Shown here: in pieces, positions 1 to 11,281 of the stretch
Layout: the number at the start of each line of letters is the position of its first letter
Numbering within the stretch: position 1 is the stretch's first letter
DNA from: Octopus sinensis
Lineage: Eukaryota
Length of the DNA: 64,000 nt
Assembly: GCF_006345805.1 (NCBI RefSeq)
Contig: NC_043003.1
Span: 109,244,001-109,308,000, forward strand
Reading direction: 5' to 3'
Program-made: the position numbers and the translations under genes
The notes under the pieces: generated by a model
The model's database searches: none
Seen by the model: the letters and a program-made list of their open reading frames with translations, nothing else
What the model was told of the DNA's origin: nothing

Positions 1-99
1 GAGAAGAGAGGCTAAATTATGGTAATGTTTATGAGAATAAGGTAGGATAAGAACAGTAACAACAACAACAACAATAATAAGATGAGAGGATAATGGAAG

Positions 100-1465
100 G
101 ATATATTAGAGAGGAGGTCACTATAGAGTACAAGAGGAGAATTGTGAAGGTGCTCAAAACAAGGTTTAATGGAGAGAAGATCTTTAAAAGCCATAAATAC
201 GTGGGTTTTGCTAGTATTGAGATATTCTGTTCCCTCTCAATAATGGACAAACTGCAGAACTTGGATGGAAGAATTAGAATGTTGGGATCTTTTCGGTTTG
301 AACAGCAGTTTTTTCTAGCAGTGTCATATGAAATTGTCTCCCATAATTATGACCCTAGTATTGATCTATTGCATTTTAATCTGTTTTAGGGGTGGGGGGA
401 AGGGTATCTTTTTTTCTTCACAAATCTGTTTCTTAAACGAGGGACATATTCATATGGCACAGAATGTTTTTTCACCTCAATAGATGTCATTGATTGGTTG
501 AAATTGCAGAAATTGAAGAAAAAAAAACAACAAATATCTTACAAACTATAGAATTTTCTCAATAAAGCCAAGAGAAAAAGATGTTTTATAAACACATTCT
601 ACCAGTATACGAAGTTTAAAATTTTTTAGTGACCTAGAAATTATGTTAAAAACTGCCGTTCAAACCGAAAAGATCCGAAAGTTGCTGACCATGCATAGTG
701 CACTTCACCTTAAAAGCAACATTGACTGACTCAACCTATCAAGAGAGGAAAATGGTAGAGAATGACTAAACACAGAAGACACTGTTAATACCGCAATACT
801 AGGTCTGGAAATTGGTGTTGTGCAGAGTAAAGAAAGAATATTGGCAGCCAGAGAAACCTGAAAAGTGACCGAAACAGTAGAAGAATTCAAGGAGAAAAGG
901 AAGACTAACAGAGAACAAACAAATAGAATTACATGGTCAATTCATGCAACAAATTGAGAATGTTGGAAGTAAAGATTGCTGGCTTTGATTGATGGATGGG
1001 AACTAAAAATGACAGAAACACTGATTATAGCCACTCAGGAACAAGCCCTTTCGAACAAATCTAATAAAGGCAAATACTTAAAAAAAAAAATTTGACAGCA
1101 AGTGTAGAATCTGCAAGAAAGAAGACAAAAGTATCAATCACCTTTTGAATGAGTGCAGTACACCAGCACAAAAAGAGTATGAGTGTGGACATGATTGTAT
1201 AGGCAAAAGAGTACATTGGCATTTTAGCTCCATTTACATTGGAATAGTGTGGGGCTTCAAAACAACAGAAAAGTGGTCTGATCAAGAAGCAGATACCATG
1301 ATAGAAAATGAGAATTACAAGATCTTGTGAGATTTCCCTATAAATCTGAACATACTATTGAAGCAAAATGATCAAATATGATCACAGAGGACAGAATGAA
1401 GAAACAGTGTAAGATCCTAGATTTTGCAACTTCCTATAATAGTAGATTTGATACCAAAGAAATCA
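100..1465 (+). pseudogene. Decayed R4/Dong-type (restriction-like endonuclease) non-LTR retrotransposon: RT C-terminus, CCHC zinc motif and RLE region; split by a MITE at 285-676
   Basis: Frameshifted translation gives EYKRRIVKVLKTRFNG..AINTWVLLVLRYS, then LHGQF..TETLIIATQEQAL..DSKCRICKK..INHLLNEC..AQKEY..HDCIGKRVHW..ENENYKIL*DF. I recognise these as R4/Dong-clade motifs from family knowledge. Confidence 0.75.
285..676. mobile_element. MITE with ~28-bp terminal inverted repeats, inserted into the R4/Dong LINE
   Basis: Left end ggatcttttcggtttgaacagcagtttt and right end aaaactgccgttcaaaccgaaaagatcc are reverse complements. A second, inverted copy lies at 63878-64000. Confidence 0.7.
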
Positions 1466-1589
1466 GCCAGAAAGCTTTTTTTTTCTGATTTAGCAACAGG
1501 GAGTGAAAAGTAAGTACATCCTTTATGATCCAGACACAAAGCTTTAAATTCTTGAAACGGCATCACACTTCTCCAGCACAGACAGTCAC

Positions 1590-2000
1590 GATGAATCTTT
1601 TTGAGATGATGAGGCTGTCGGTCTTGTTGATTTTTTTTAGCATAGCTGTACCTTGAACAACAACCCCCATCAAAACATTAAAAAGCCATCAGGAGGAAGA
1701 AACCAATCAAAAATCTGAAAATGATTGACATTCACCATAAAAATGTAGAGCCACAGAGATTTTTGGCAACAAATTTGGTAATCTGCGAATTGGGTTGCTC
1801 ACATTTCCCCATCCCTCATACGACCTGCAATGGTGCCCTCTGACTCCTATTTCTTTGGTCTAACGTTAGACAATCTTTGGAGACAAAGATTTGATGATGC
1901 AAACAAGGTGACAGTGATTGTGAAGAAGTGAGTTCAACAGTGAACATATGAATCTTATTGAAGTGGATTCGAGAGTTGGGTTCAACTATTGCATGAATTC
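1590..2000 (+). pseudogene. Highly decayed mariner transposase C-terminal remnant
   Basis: catccctcatac..gacctg..gccctctgactcctatttctttggt resembles the HPPYSPDLAPSDFYLF motif, followed by ..RFDD..V..IV..*V..YES..SGI. Confidence 0.45.
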
Positions 2001-2024
2001 ATCTCTTGTGATGGAGTTATGGCT

Positions 2025-2335
2025 TTGAGTTGTGTGGCTTAGTGGTTAGGGCATTCATCTTACAATCATAAGGTCATGAGTTCAATTCCCGGTGATTCAT
2101 TGTGTCCTTGACCAAGACACTTTATGTCACACTGCAGACCTTTCAGCTGGCAAAAAAGGGTAGTACTTGTATCTTAAAGGGCCGGCCTTGTCACACTCTG
2201 TCTAACACTGAATCACCCTGAGAACTACATTTAGGATACATGTGTTTGTCAAGTGCTCAGCCACCAGCATTTTAATTTCATGAGCAGGCTGTTCCATTGA
2301 TCAGATCAACTGGAATGCACTTAACACTATCTACA
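2025..2335 (+). mobile_element. tRNA-headed SINE (family E: tggcttagtggttaggg...gagttcaattcc)
   Basis: A-box- and B-box-like head. Homologous copies at about 15545-15870(-), 18775-19215(-), 23945-24240(+), 26590-26740(+), 32510-33070(-), 33865-33945(+), 53590-53670(-) and 58880-59210(-). Confidence 0.75.
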
Positions 2336-2347
2336 AAACGGAGGTGC

Positions 2348-2504
2348 AGGAGTGGCTGTGTGGTAAGAAGCTTGCTTCCCAACCAGATGGTTCTGGGTTC
2401 AGTCTCACTGTGTGGCACTTTGGACAAGTGTCTTCTACTATAGCTTTGGGTTGACCAAAGCTTTGTGAGTGCATTTGGTAGAGAGAAACTGAAAGAAGCC
2501 TGAT

Positions 2505-2538
<34 letters not shown>

Positions 2539-4085
2539 GTACTAGTTTTTGAACCTGCCATTGCTCGTGTTTTCTGTGTTGAAGTTAAGTCCATCTCTGA
2601 CCTTGCATTGAAATCTTCTATGTTCTCCATGCCAACTATTACCCATTAAGATGTTATATCTGGTTCAGCAGGGATTTTACCTGGTTAATGCTTTCGATAT
2701 ACTCCTACATACTGGACCATCTGAAATCACAGTCAAACTTTTGGATGCACCTTGACCCGTTGAGACTGTTGTTTGTTTATTTCTCTCACCTTAATATCAT
2801 CCTCTGTACAAAATTGATCAGTGTGTCCAATCTCAGCAAAATCCGAAGAAAAGTGTTAAGGGTATGTCATAAAATAGAACCCATGTAACCATTTACATGA
2901 AAATATCCCATATGACTTTGAAATCTCAATACATTATATGAATAATCGATGTTTCATATGTTGAAGTGCTTAATTTTACTCATGGGTCAATTTTCTTCAA
3001 AAATCAGTTCATTATTTTATTGAGAGGGAATTTTGACGATTTCTGCCTCTCACCAGTTTAATTTTAATTCTACTACATGAACCTGACCATACCCTTTACC
3101 TAAATGTCAAATTTCATCAAAATCAAATGAATTCTGTAAAAGTTACAACATAAAATATTAATCCTATTGGGTAATTGCATACAAAAAGCTAATTGATTTC
3201 TTAAAGTACCCCTGCTCACATGCAATTATCGATTTTTTGTTAACTCTTCATGCTAGTATCAACTAATGGACATGAACTGTAACCATGTGTAAAATTTCTA
3301 CAGAATCGATAAGCATGTCTCCAAGGAAAAGCTTATTTGCATTTGTGTCATTTTCAAGCCCTTTTGACTTAAATAAACACCTTTACCGTCTCTCCCACCA
3401 CAAAATTTACCTACATCTCAAATTTTATTAAAATTGGATAAAAAATATAAAAGTTACGACCAAAAATAAAATCCCTATGGATATTTGCATGCAAAAAGCC
3501 TGTTGATTTTATAAAACCACTGCCCAGGCGCAATAATCGATTTTTTTTCACTGCCATATACTGACATCAACTCACTGCCATGAGCCTCGCATACTCATTG
3601 ATTTTCATCAAAATCAGACAAGTGCAAAAGCTGCAGGAAAAATAACAACATTATGGGAATTTCCATTCAAACGCCCGATTGAGCTCACAAAAATCGATGC
3701 CAACTGAGCATTATCAAGTTTTCAAAATATTCCAGCCTTATTTGAACTTCAGGGCATGTGATCTACCTCTGTACCAAAAATCATTAAAATTGGTTGGACG
3801 GTGTGGGAAGGGTTAGAGTAACCTCAAACACACACACAGACACCATTACACATTTATGTATATAGATGTATTTATGTGTCTGCGTTTGTCCCCCCACCAT
3901 CGCTTGACAACTGATGTTGGTGTGTTTACGTTCCTTTAACTTAGCAGTTTGGCAAAAGAGACTAATAGAATAAGTACTAGGCTTACAAAGAATAAGTCCT
4001 AGGGTCGATTTGTTTGAATAAAGGTGGTACTCCAGGATGGCTGCAGTCAAATGATTGAAACAAGTAAAAGAATAAAAAAACAAAA
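2348..4085 (+). mobile_element. SINE family A copy (ggagtggctgtgtggtaag...ttgggcaagtgtctt, CORE-like) split by a Helitron-like insertion
   Basis: The head at 2348-2520 and the tail at 3868-4085 match the contiguous copies at 25050-25450 and 38095-38470. Confidence 0.7.
2540..3867 (+). mobile_element. Non-autonomous Helitron/Helentron-like element (Lep1/DINE-1-like architecture) with degenerate internal modules
   Basis: Starts tactag, contains repeated aaatttcatcaaaatc-like modules, and ends ...aaattggttggacggtgtggga...(ca)n gaca...tttatgtatatagat. This end structure is typical of Lep1/DINE-1-like elements (family knowledge). Confidence 0.55.
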
Positions 4086-4716
4086 TAGGTAGTTTTTGAA
4101 ATAAAGAACGTAGGTGGCCATGGCAAAAGAATAGAAGTAACAATAGAAAAAGAAATAAAAGGAAAATATGTTAGGAATATTGTGGGTTGGGCATGGCAAT
4201 TAGATAGAAGGTAACAGGTGTGAGGTAAAGGTAAGAGGCTGCCTCTTAGAAAAGAATGACTCATAACTGATGGAATGCCATTTATATATTCTGTCACTTT
4301 AATATAATAAATATTTATCTGCATTTGCCTTGGTGGGCATGTCTTCTACAACACCATGTATTACCAATTTTATCTTTCATTTGTTTCAGTATTTGAACTG
4401 GGGTCATGCTGGGGCACCACCTCAAAGAGTTTAATCAAACAAATCAACTCTACAGTTCTATATTTAAGAGATGAGGAATTATGTACATTATTTACATTAT
4501 TTACATTTTCCTAGCTACATGGTTTCGGGTTCAGTCCCACTGCGTGGCACTTTGGGTAGGTGTCTTCCACTATAGCCCCGAGCCGACCGGAGCTTTGTGA
4601 TTGAATTCAGTAGGTGGAAGTTACTGCCGTGTGTGTATATGTGCGTATAGCTGCTCAGTGCCTCTCCGAAAGAGAGAGGGGATGGATTTTTTTTGTCCTC
4701 ATCTTGTTTTGTTGTT

Positions 4717-4762
4717 GACACAATGTTTCGGCTGATATACCCTCCAGCCTTCATCAGGTGTC
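4717..4762 (-). ncRNA. Minimal type I hammerhead-like motif in a PLE-derived repeat
   Basis: Minus strand: GACAC CUGAUGA A GGCUG(GAGGGUAUAU)CAGCC GAAAC AUU GUGUC. Stem I is 5 bp and stem II is 5 bp; stem III has a C-A mismatch, probably from GAAACGUU. Confidence 0.65.
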
Positions 4763-4884
4763 TTGGATATATTTAAAGTGTATTCCATTAGGAATGTAGT
4801 AGAACTCGTTCACCCTTAGAATGACCAAATAGCCTGTAGTATTATGGCATACTTTCAAGTCTAGGTTTAGGCATTCATTGTGTG

Positions 4885-4888
<4 letters not shown>

Positions 4889-4947
<59 letters not shown>

Positions 4948-4968
4948 TAATAATAATAATAATAATAA
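4889..4968. repeat. (AAT)n microsatellite
   Basis: About 26 consecutive AAT units. Confidence 0.95.
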
Positions 4969-4989
4969 TGACAATAACATCAAAAAATA

Positions 4990-5120
4990 CCTTAGGAATG
5001 AGAACCCAGGTTCAAAATTTTCCCAAGACACCTGATATACCTGGAGGGTATATCAGCCGAAATGTTGTGTTAACAACAAACAAGATGAGGACAAATATCT
5101 GTCAAATGTAAATAAGGTAA
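4990..5120 (+). mobile_element. Second, inverted copy of the hammerhead-bearing repeat; ribozyme core disrupted
   Basis: ccaagacacctgat..ctggagggtatatcagccgaaatgttgtgttaacaacaaacaagatgaggacaaa is the reverse complement of about 4690-4766. Confidence 0.7.
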
Positions 5121-5284
5121 ATAATGTAAATCAACTCAAGTATTTCTTTTTCAAACCTGGTACTTACGTAATCTATCTTTTCTGCCAGTCTACTAAGTTA
5201 TGGGGTTGTAAACAAACCAGCAATTGTCAAGCAGTGGTTGGGAAAAATACAAACATACTCATAGATATATACATATGTATATAT

Positions 5285-5515
5285 ATTTCTTTACTACCCA
5301 GAAGGGGCTAAACACAGAGGGGACAAACAAGGACAGACAAACGGATTAAGTCGATTACATCGACCCCAGTGCGTAACTGGTACTTAATTTATCGACCCCG
5401 AAAGGATGAAAGGCAAAGTTGACCTCAGCGGAATTTGAACTCAGAACGTAACGGCAGACGAAATACGGCTACGCATTTCACCCGGTGTGCTAACGTTTCT
5501 GCTAGCTCGCCGCCT
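5285..5515 (-). mobile_element. SINE family B copy (gagctggcagaa...gaggtcgactttgcctttcatcctttcggggtcgataaattaagtacc)
   Basis: Recurs at about 21215, 24357-24750, 30415, 35800-36270, 39465-40280, 40558-40795, 41410, 53300, 54310-54530, 55290-56380 and 58465. Confidence 0.85.
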
Positions 5516-5699
5516 ATACATATGTATATATTTAAGGTGTATTCTGTTAGGAATGTAGTAGACCTCATTCACCCTTAGAATTACCAAATAGCCTGTAGTA
5601 TTATGGTATATTTCCAAGTCTAGGTTTAGGCATTCATCGTGTGTGAAAATAAAATTGAATAAAATAGTCAACAAGAAGGAATACGGTTAGACAGCTCTT

Positions 5700-5944
5700 T
5701 TACTCTTTTACTCTTTTATTTGTTTCAGTCATTTGACTGTGGCCATGCTGGAGCAAAGCCTTTAGTCAAGCAAATCGACCCCAGGATTTATTCTTTGTAA
5801 GCCTGGTACTTATTCTATCGGTCTCTTTTGCTGAACCACTAAGTTATGGTGATGCAACCACACCAACATCGGTTGTCAAGTGATGTTGGGGGGACAAATA
5901 CAGACACACAAACATACACACACACACACATATAATATATATAT

Positions 5945-5994
<50 letters not shown>

Positions 5995-6230
5995 TATATA
6001 CACCACACATATATATATATATATATATATAATTATATATATAATATATATATATAACACACATATATACAACGTGCTTCTTTCAGTTTCCATCTACTAA
6101 ATCCATTCACAAGACTTTGGTCGGCCTGAGGCTATAACAGAAGACACTTGCTTAAGGTTCCACGCAGAGGGACTGAACCCAGAACCATGTGGTTGGTAAG
6201 CAAACTACTTACCACACAGCCACTCCCACG
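5700..6230 (-). mobile_element. SINE family A, full copy with expanded internal (TA)n/(CA)n
   Basis: Tail ttgtttcagtcatttgactg.. through head ..cacacagccactcc. Confidence 0.85.
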
Positions 6231-6496
6231 CTTATGTTTAATAAGCACCATATATGATGGGCTTCTTTCTGTTTCAGTCTACCAAATCCACTTAAAAGGC
6301 TTTGGTTGGCCTGGGGATATAGTAGAAGATACTTGCCTAAGGTGCTGTGCAGGTGAACTGAACTGAAGGGCACACGGGTGGAAAGCAAACTTCTTAATGA
6401 CACACATGTGCTTACACCTATTATCAGGGTTCTTTGTCACCTCTTTTGTGATATGCGCCATTTTAAGGAAAACACGACTGTTCTTTGATGCAGCTG

Positions 6497-6515
6497 TCAT
6501 CATCATCATCATCAT

Positions 6516-6558
<43 letters not shown>

Positions 6559-6601
6559 TCATCACATCATCATCATCATCATCACCATCATCATCATCAT
6601 C
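6497..6601. repeat. (CAT)n microsatellite abutting the assembly gap
   Basis: Directly visible. Confidence 0.95.
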
Positions 6602-6700
6602 NNNNNNNNNNNNNNNNNNNNNNNNNNNNNNNNNNNNNNNNNNNNNNNNNNNNNNNNNNNNNNNNNNNNNNNNNNNNNNNNNNNNNNNNNNNNNNNNNNN
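6602..6700. other. Assembly gap (99 N)
   Basis: Run of N. Confidence 1.
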
Positions 6701-6871
6701 NAACGGTGGGAGTTCAAAGTAATTAACATTTAACCGAAAACCTAGATGATATAATTGAATGCATTGAATACATTCAATCATACCTGTCTATCTGTCTGTA
6801 GTCAGACCCTCTCTCTCTCTCTCTCTCTATATATATATCTATATAAATATATATATATCTATATATATATA

Positions 6872-7045
6872 TAGGGGAGAGTTTACGAAAAAACATAGAC
6901 GAAGATAGGTGGTGTACAAAACAAACAAATAATTGGTATAGCGCTCAGGAATAGAAAAAGTCTTTACGTTTCGAGCCTACACTCTTCTACAGAAAGGGAC
7001 ACAGAAAAACAAGGAGGAGAAAAAAATGTGTGTAGTGGCTAACAT
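6872..7045 (-). mobile_element. PLE-terminus-like repeat with a variant hammerhead-like motif (CUGUAGA core)
   Basis: Minus strand cttt ctgtaga a gagt gtag gctc gaaac gta aaga. A homologous copy lies at about 37110-37240. Confidence 0.55.
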
Positions 7046-8126
7046 AAAAATTAGAAAAAAACCACCTTTTATCAATTCAAAATGAACAATTAAATTACAC
7101 CATCTAGAAAATTACATATATATATATTTTGTTGAAAATTGATTTAGTATTTCTAAATTGAATTTTTCCCTGTAAGTTAGGTATAATATTCCCACAAATA
7201 ATAATTATTTTATGTATTATATATATATATATATCTATATATATATAATTAATATATATATATATATATTACATATATATATGTATTATATATATATTCA
7301 TATACAGTTTTTATGCCAATATCTAGCAAACCAAAGGTAATGATAAGCCAGTGAGTTTATTGTGTGCATATGTGTTTGTGTTTATGTATATGTGTGTGTG
7401 TATGTGTGTGTGAGTGCGTGTGTCTATCTATCTGTCTACCAATCTATTTACAAATATAATATGCACACACACACACACACACAAACATGCATGCACACAT
7501 GTACTGAAGCTCACATACACACACGCATACACATAAGATGTTAATGTATATGCATTGGATGTGAATATTTTTGGAGTCTGTTGAATCTGAAATGCAAAAG
7601 CATAGGCAGTAGTAAAAGTACACTTTAAGTTAAATCCAGGTAGTAACAATACTGAGATAGGAATAAAGAGAGAGAGAAATAGATTGAGAGCGAGGGGGAG
7701 AGGGATAGGGGAAGAGGAAGAGAGAAAGAGTGAGAAAGAGAAATAAGGGAATATGAATGAATTGTAGATTTTTGTATGGATAATTTGGCATAACAGGAAG
7801 AGGTGATGCGTCTAGCACACTAGATCAATACCATACTAAGAAACTATGATATATATGACAAAAGTATGGTAATAGACTTGCTGTGTGTTTGGCTAGCAAC
7901 AAGTTTCTATGCAGATAGGTAGCTTACTAATAAAGTAAGTATATAAGGATAGAAAGTTATGATTGTGTGATATATATATATAAATATATATATATATGTG
8001 GCATATAGGTATATGTATGCATATACATGTATATATGTGTATATGTGTGTAGGCATGTCTCTCTCTCTCTCTCTATTATATTATATATATATATTATATA
8101 TTAATATATTATATATATATAATATA

Positions 8127-8157
<31 letters not shown>

Positions 8158-8335
8158 TCATATGTATATATATGTAGATGAAGGACAACAATGTTAAGTA
8201 GAATGATGTATGCATAACATTGCTTGAATGTATAACAATGCATGTATATATATATATATACATACACAGACATTCTGAGGCATACACACACACACACACA
8301 CACACAAATATATATAATATATATATATATATATG

Positions 8336-9937
8336 CAGTGGGGAGAAATAGATATTCGTACATGTCAAAATTCTTTATTCATTTAATTTCTAATGAACAT
8401 AAATGGAATATACCAATACTATATTTGCATACACATGCATAAACTAAGAATATGCAAAAGAAACTAATAAATTATAGTAACTAAGGAATTTATATACAAT
8501 CATAAATATTTAGGGGTGAAAAAAGTATTTGTATAGAATAAATTTATGATTTTCTATGCCACAAAATACTGTTAAAATAATTTTTTTTTTACTAGAACTT
8601 TCTCGTTTGTTCCAATAATCTTATCAGTTGTCATTTTTAAGTGTCAAAACACTAGCTTCTTCATTCAGCTCTGAGACAACATAAAGTGATATCGTAATAA
8701 TGGCGAAAAGTAAAGAACTCACGAATACAGTGAAAACACCTAATTATTGAACAGTGGAAAGCAGGTAAAAGTTACGGGAAAATATCAGAGACCCTTTGTA
8801 TTCCATTTTCTACAATATCTTCATTTATTCAAAGATATAAAAAATTGGGAACTGTTAAAAACAGAATAAGATCCAGTGCACCATGCAAGATTTCTCCTAG
8901 ATCTTTAAGAAAAATGAAGTGAAGAATAAAAAAAAAAAGCGCAATGATCACCAGAAAAGAGTTGCAAGAAGATTTGTTAGCTTCAGGGACTAATGTTACG
9001 CTACGAACAATCAGCAATGAACTTCATAGAAATGGACTGAAGTCATGCTCTCCCAGAAAAACTCCGCTGTTGACATAGAGATGCCCGTTTAAAATTTGTT
9101 TATGAACATAAAGATAAACCTGATACATTCTGGGAAAATGTTCTATGGACAGACGAGTGGAAAATTGAATTGTTTGGAAGAAATTCGCGTAGCCATGTTT
9201 GGAGGAAAGATGTGCTGCCTATTCGCCGAAAACACCAATTCCTACCATAAAGTTTGGAGGTGGCAACATTATGGTGTTGTGGGGGTTTCTCTGCAAATGG
9301 TACTGGCAATTTACAGTGAGAGATGGTAGAATGAATGCAGAGATGTCCAAAAATATTTTGAACAATAATTTATGGGACTCTGTAGAAAGTTCCAGCTTTG
9401 TGAAGGGTGGGTTTTACGACAGGATACAACCCTAAGCACACGGCGAAGTCTACCAAAAATGGATTGTCAATCACAATATAAAAATTATTAGAATGGCCAA
9501 GCCAGTCACCTGACTGAACCCATTGAAAATTTGTGGCGTTATTTGAAAATTAAAATTCATTCAAGGCCCCAACGTGAATTCCAGATTTGAAGAAAATTTG
9601 TCAAGAAGAATGGGAAAAAAATTCCTAAAGAAACATGTGAGTCATTGATTAAAGAACTACAAGAAGAGATTGGTTGAAGTGGAACTGAATAATGGTTATG
9701 CTACGAAGTATTAAATCAGAATTATCAGTTATTTATGTTCTGTACGAATACTTTTTTCACCCCTAAATATTTATAATTGTATATAAATTCATTAGTTACT
9801 ATAATCTATTGGTTTCTTTTTCATAATCTTAGTTGCTGCATGTGTATGCAAATATAGTATTGGTATATCCCATTTATGTTCATTAGAAATTAGATAAAGA
9901 ATTTTGACATGTACGAATATTTATTTACCCCCCACTG
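8336..9937 (+). mobile_element. Complete but inactivated Tc1-family transposon with ~210-bp IR/DR terminal inverted repeats
   Basis: Ends are CAGTGGGG...CCCCACTG followed by TA. TIRs at 8336-8543 and 9731-9937, each with outer and inner direct repeats. Confidence 0.9.
8700..9714 (+). pseudogene. Tc1 DD34E transposase pseudogene (frameshifts and stops)
   Basis: MAKSKEL start; WTDEWKIELFG; PTIKFGGGNIMVLWG; DxxPKHTA; WPSQSPD.NPIENLW; ends GYATKY*. Confidence 0.85.
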
Positions 9938-10084
9938 TACATATATATATATATATATATGTACATGTATGTATATTATTTGTTTAATTACACACACACA
10001 AGAATATACATGCATACATATATATACATATACATACACAAACACACATATATATACATACATGCATATATACATATATACACA

Positions 10085-10272
10085 ATGCAATTTTTTTCTT
10101 CCGTCTTCCCTTCCTTGGATCTTTCCTTTTCCTATGTTTCTGATGAAGAGCTCCGCTCGAAACGTTAAATCCTCCTTCTTTCTTTTCTTTCCTGAGCATC
10201 CAATAACATTATACTTGTTCCATGTCCTTGTATTGTTATGTTTTCTCTTTGTGTTTTCATGTTTGGGTTAAC
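10085..10272 (+). mobile_element. PLE pseudo-LTR-like repeat
   Basis: Homologous to 27640-27850 on the opposite strand and contains a hammerhead motif. Confidence 0.7.
10136..10170 (+). ncRNA. Minimal type I hammerhead motif
   Basis: GUUU CUGAUGA A GAGC(UCC)GCUC GAAAC GUU AAAU. Canonical core with a palindromic AACGUU stem III, as in the dimer-type minimal hammerheads of PLEs. Confidence 0.7.
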
Positions 10273-10919
10273 TATATATACATATATACATAAATATAAA
10301 TATATTATATATATATATATGTTTGCATACACAACACACACACACACACATACATATACACACAAGTATGGAGAGAATTAAATAACTTGGAAACAAAAAA
10401 ATGGCAGCAACTAACAAACAATAAAAGACAGACAGACACATCAATATCTTAATAGTTAAATAATCAGACAGCAGTAGGTTCTTGGATGATAATACTATGT
10501 AAGCAGAATGGCAAATTCTGTTTATTGTGATTATGCGTATATACATATATATACATGCATGTGCTCTGTGTGTGTGTGCGTTTGTGTGTGTTTAGTTGTC
10601 TATGTGTGTTCTTGTATATATGTGCATATCTATATGTATATCTGTACCAATATAGATATAAGTATGTGTGTCAGATCTTGCCAAATTATGCCAACTAGGG
10701 GAAGTATGAAAACATTGACGACAATAATGATGATGATGATATCGACGATGTTGATGTGGATTATGATGATAGCGATATTACAAATTATGCTCACATCAAC
10801 ACTATTACCCACACACTATACATGTATGTAAAGCTATCCAACATTTATGTCTGCAAAAAATATGTATATATATTACAAACATACGTACATTCATACATAT
10901 ATATATATATATATATATA

Positions 10920-11280
10920 TAATAAAATATTAGGGAATAAATCCAAACTTACAGGGAAAAATCAGATTTAGGATTGAATCCAATTTTATAGTAAAATATT
11001 ATATTATATTAAATTAGAGATAAAACCACTATTAGGCAAATCATACAATGAAAAACTTAAGCCAATACATAAGATTAATTAATTTATATTATTTAAATAT
11101 ATATCAAAATTATTAAAAAAGATAATTAATATAACACTACGATCGTTTCATGGCTGTTCAATTCTTAAAATTTTCGAGTTACAGTCATTCTTCAGGTGGT
11201 TTACATATTTAACTTGGCGAGTTTTAATCAATGAACTAAAATTTTGAATCAAAAAACGTCTTTTACAGCGTTGATATAAA
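10920..11280 (-). mobile_element. AT-rich PLE-terminus-like repeat
   Basis: gggaataaatccaaacttacagggaaaa is shared with 7150-7200 (inverted) and 25495-25700. Carries a hammerhead. Confidence 0.55.
11135..11198 (-). ncRNA. Type I hammerhead ribozyme motif with canonical core
   Basis: Minus strand CAC CUGAAGA AUGACUGU(..)ACAGCCAU GAAAC GAUC GUA GUG. Stem II has 7/8 pairs, stem III is the palindrome ACGAUCGU, and the cleavage triplet is GUA. Confidence 0.75.
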
Positions 11281-11281
11281 C

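Noticed and set aside
6602-6700. Poly-X ORFs across the N run
   Set aside because: Assembly gap; true length and content are unknown.
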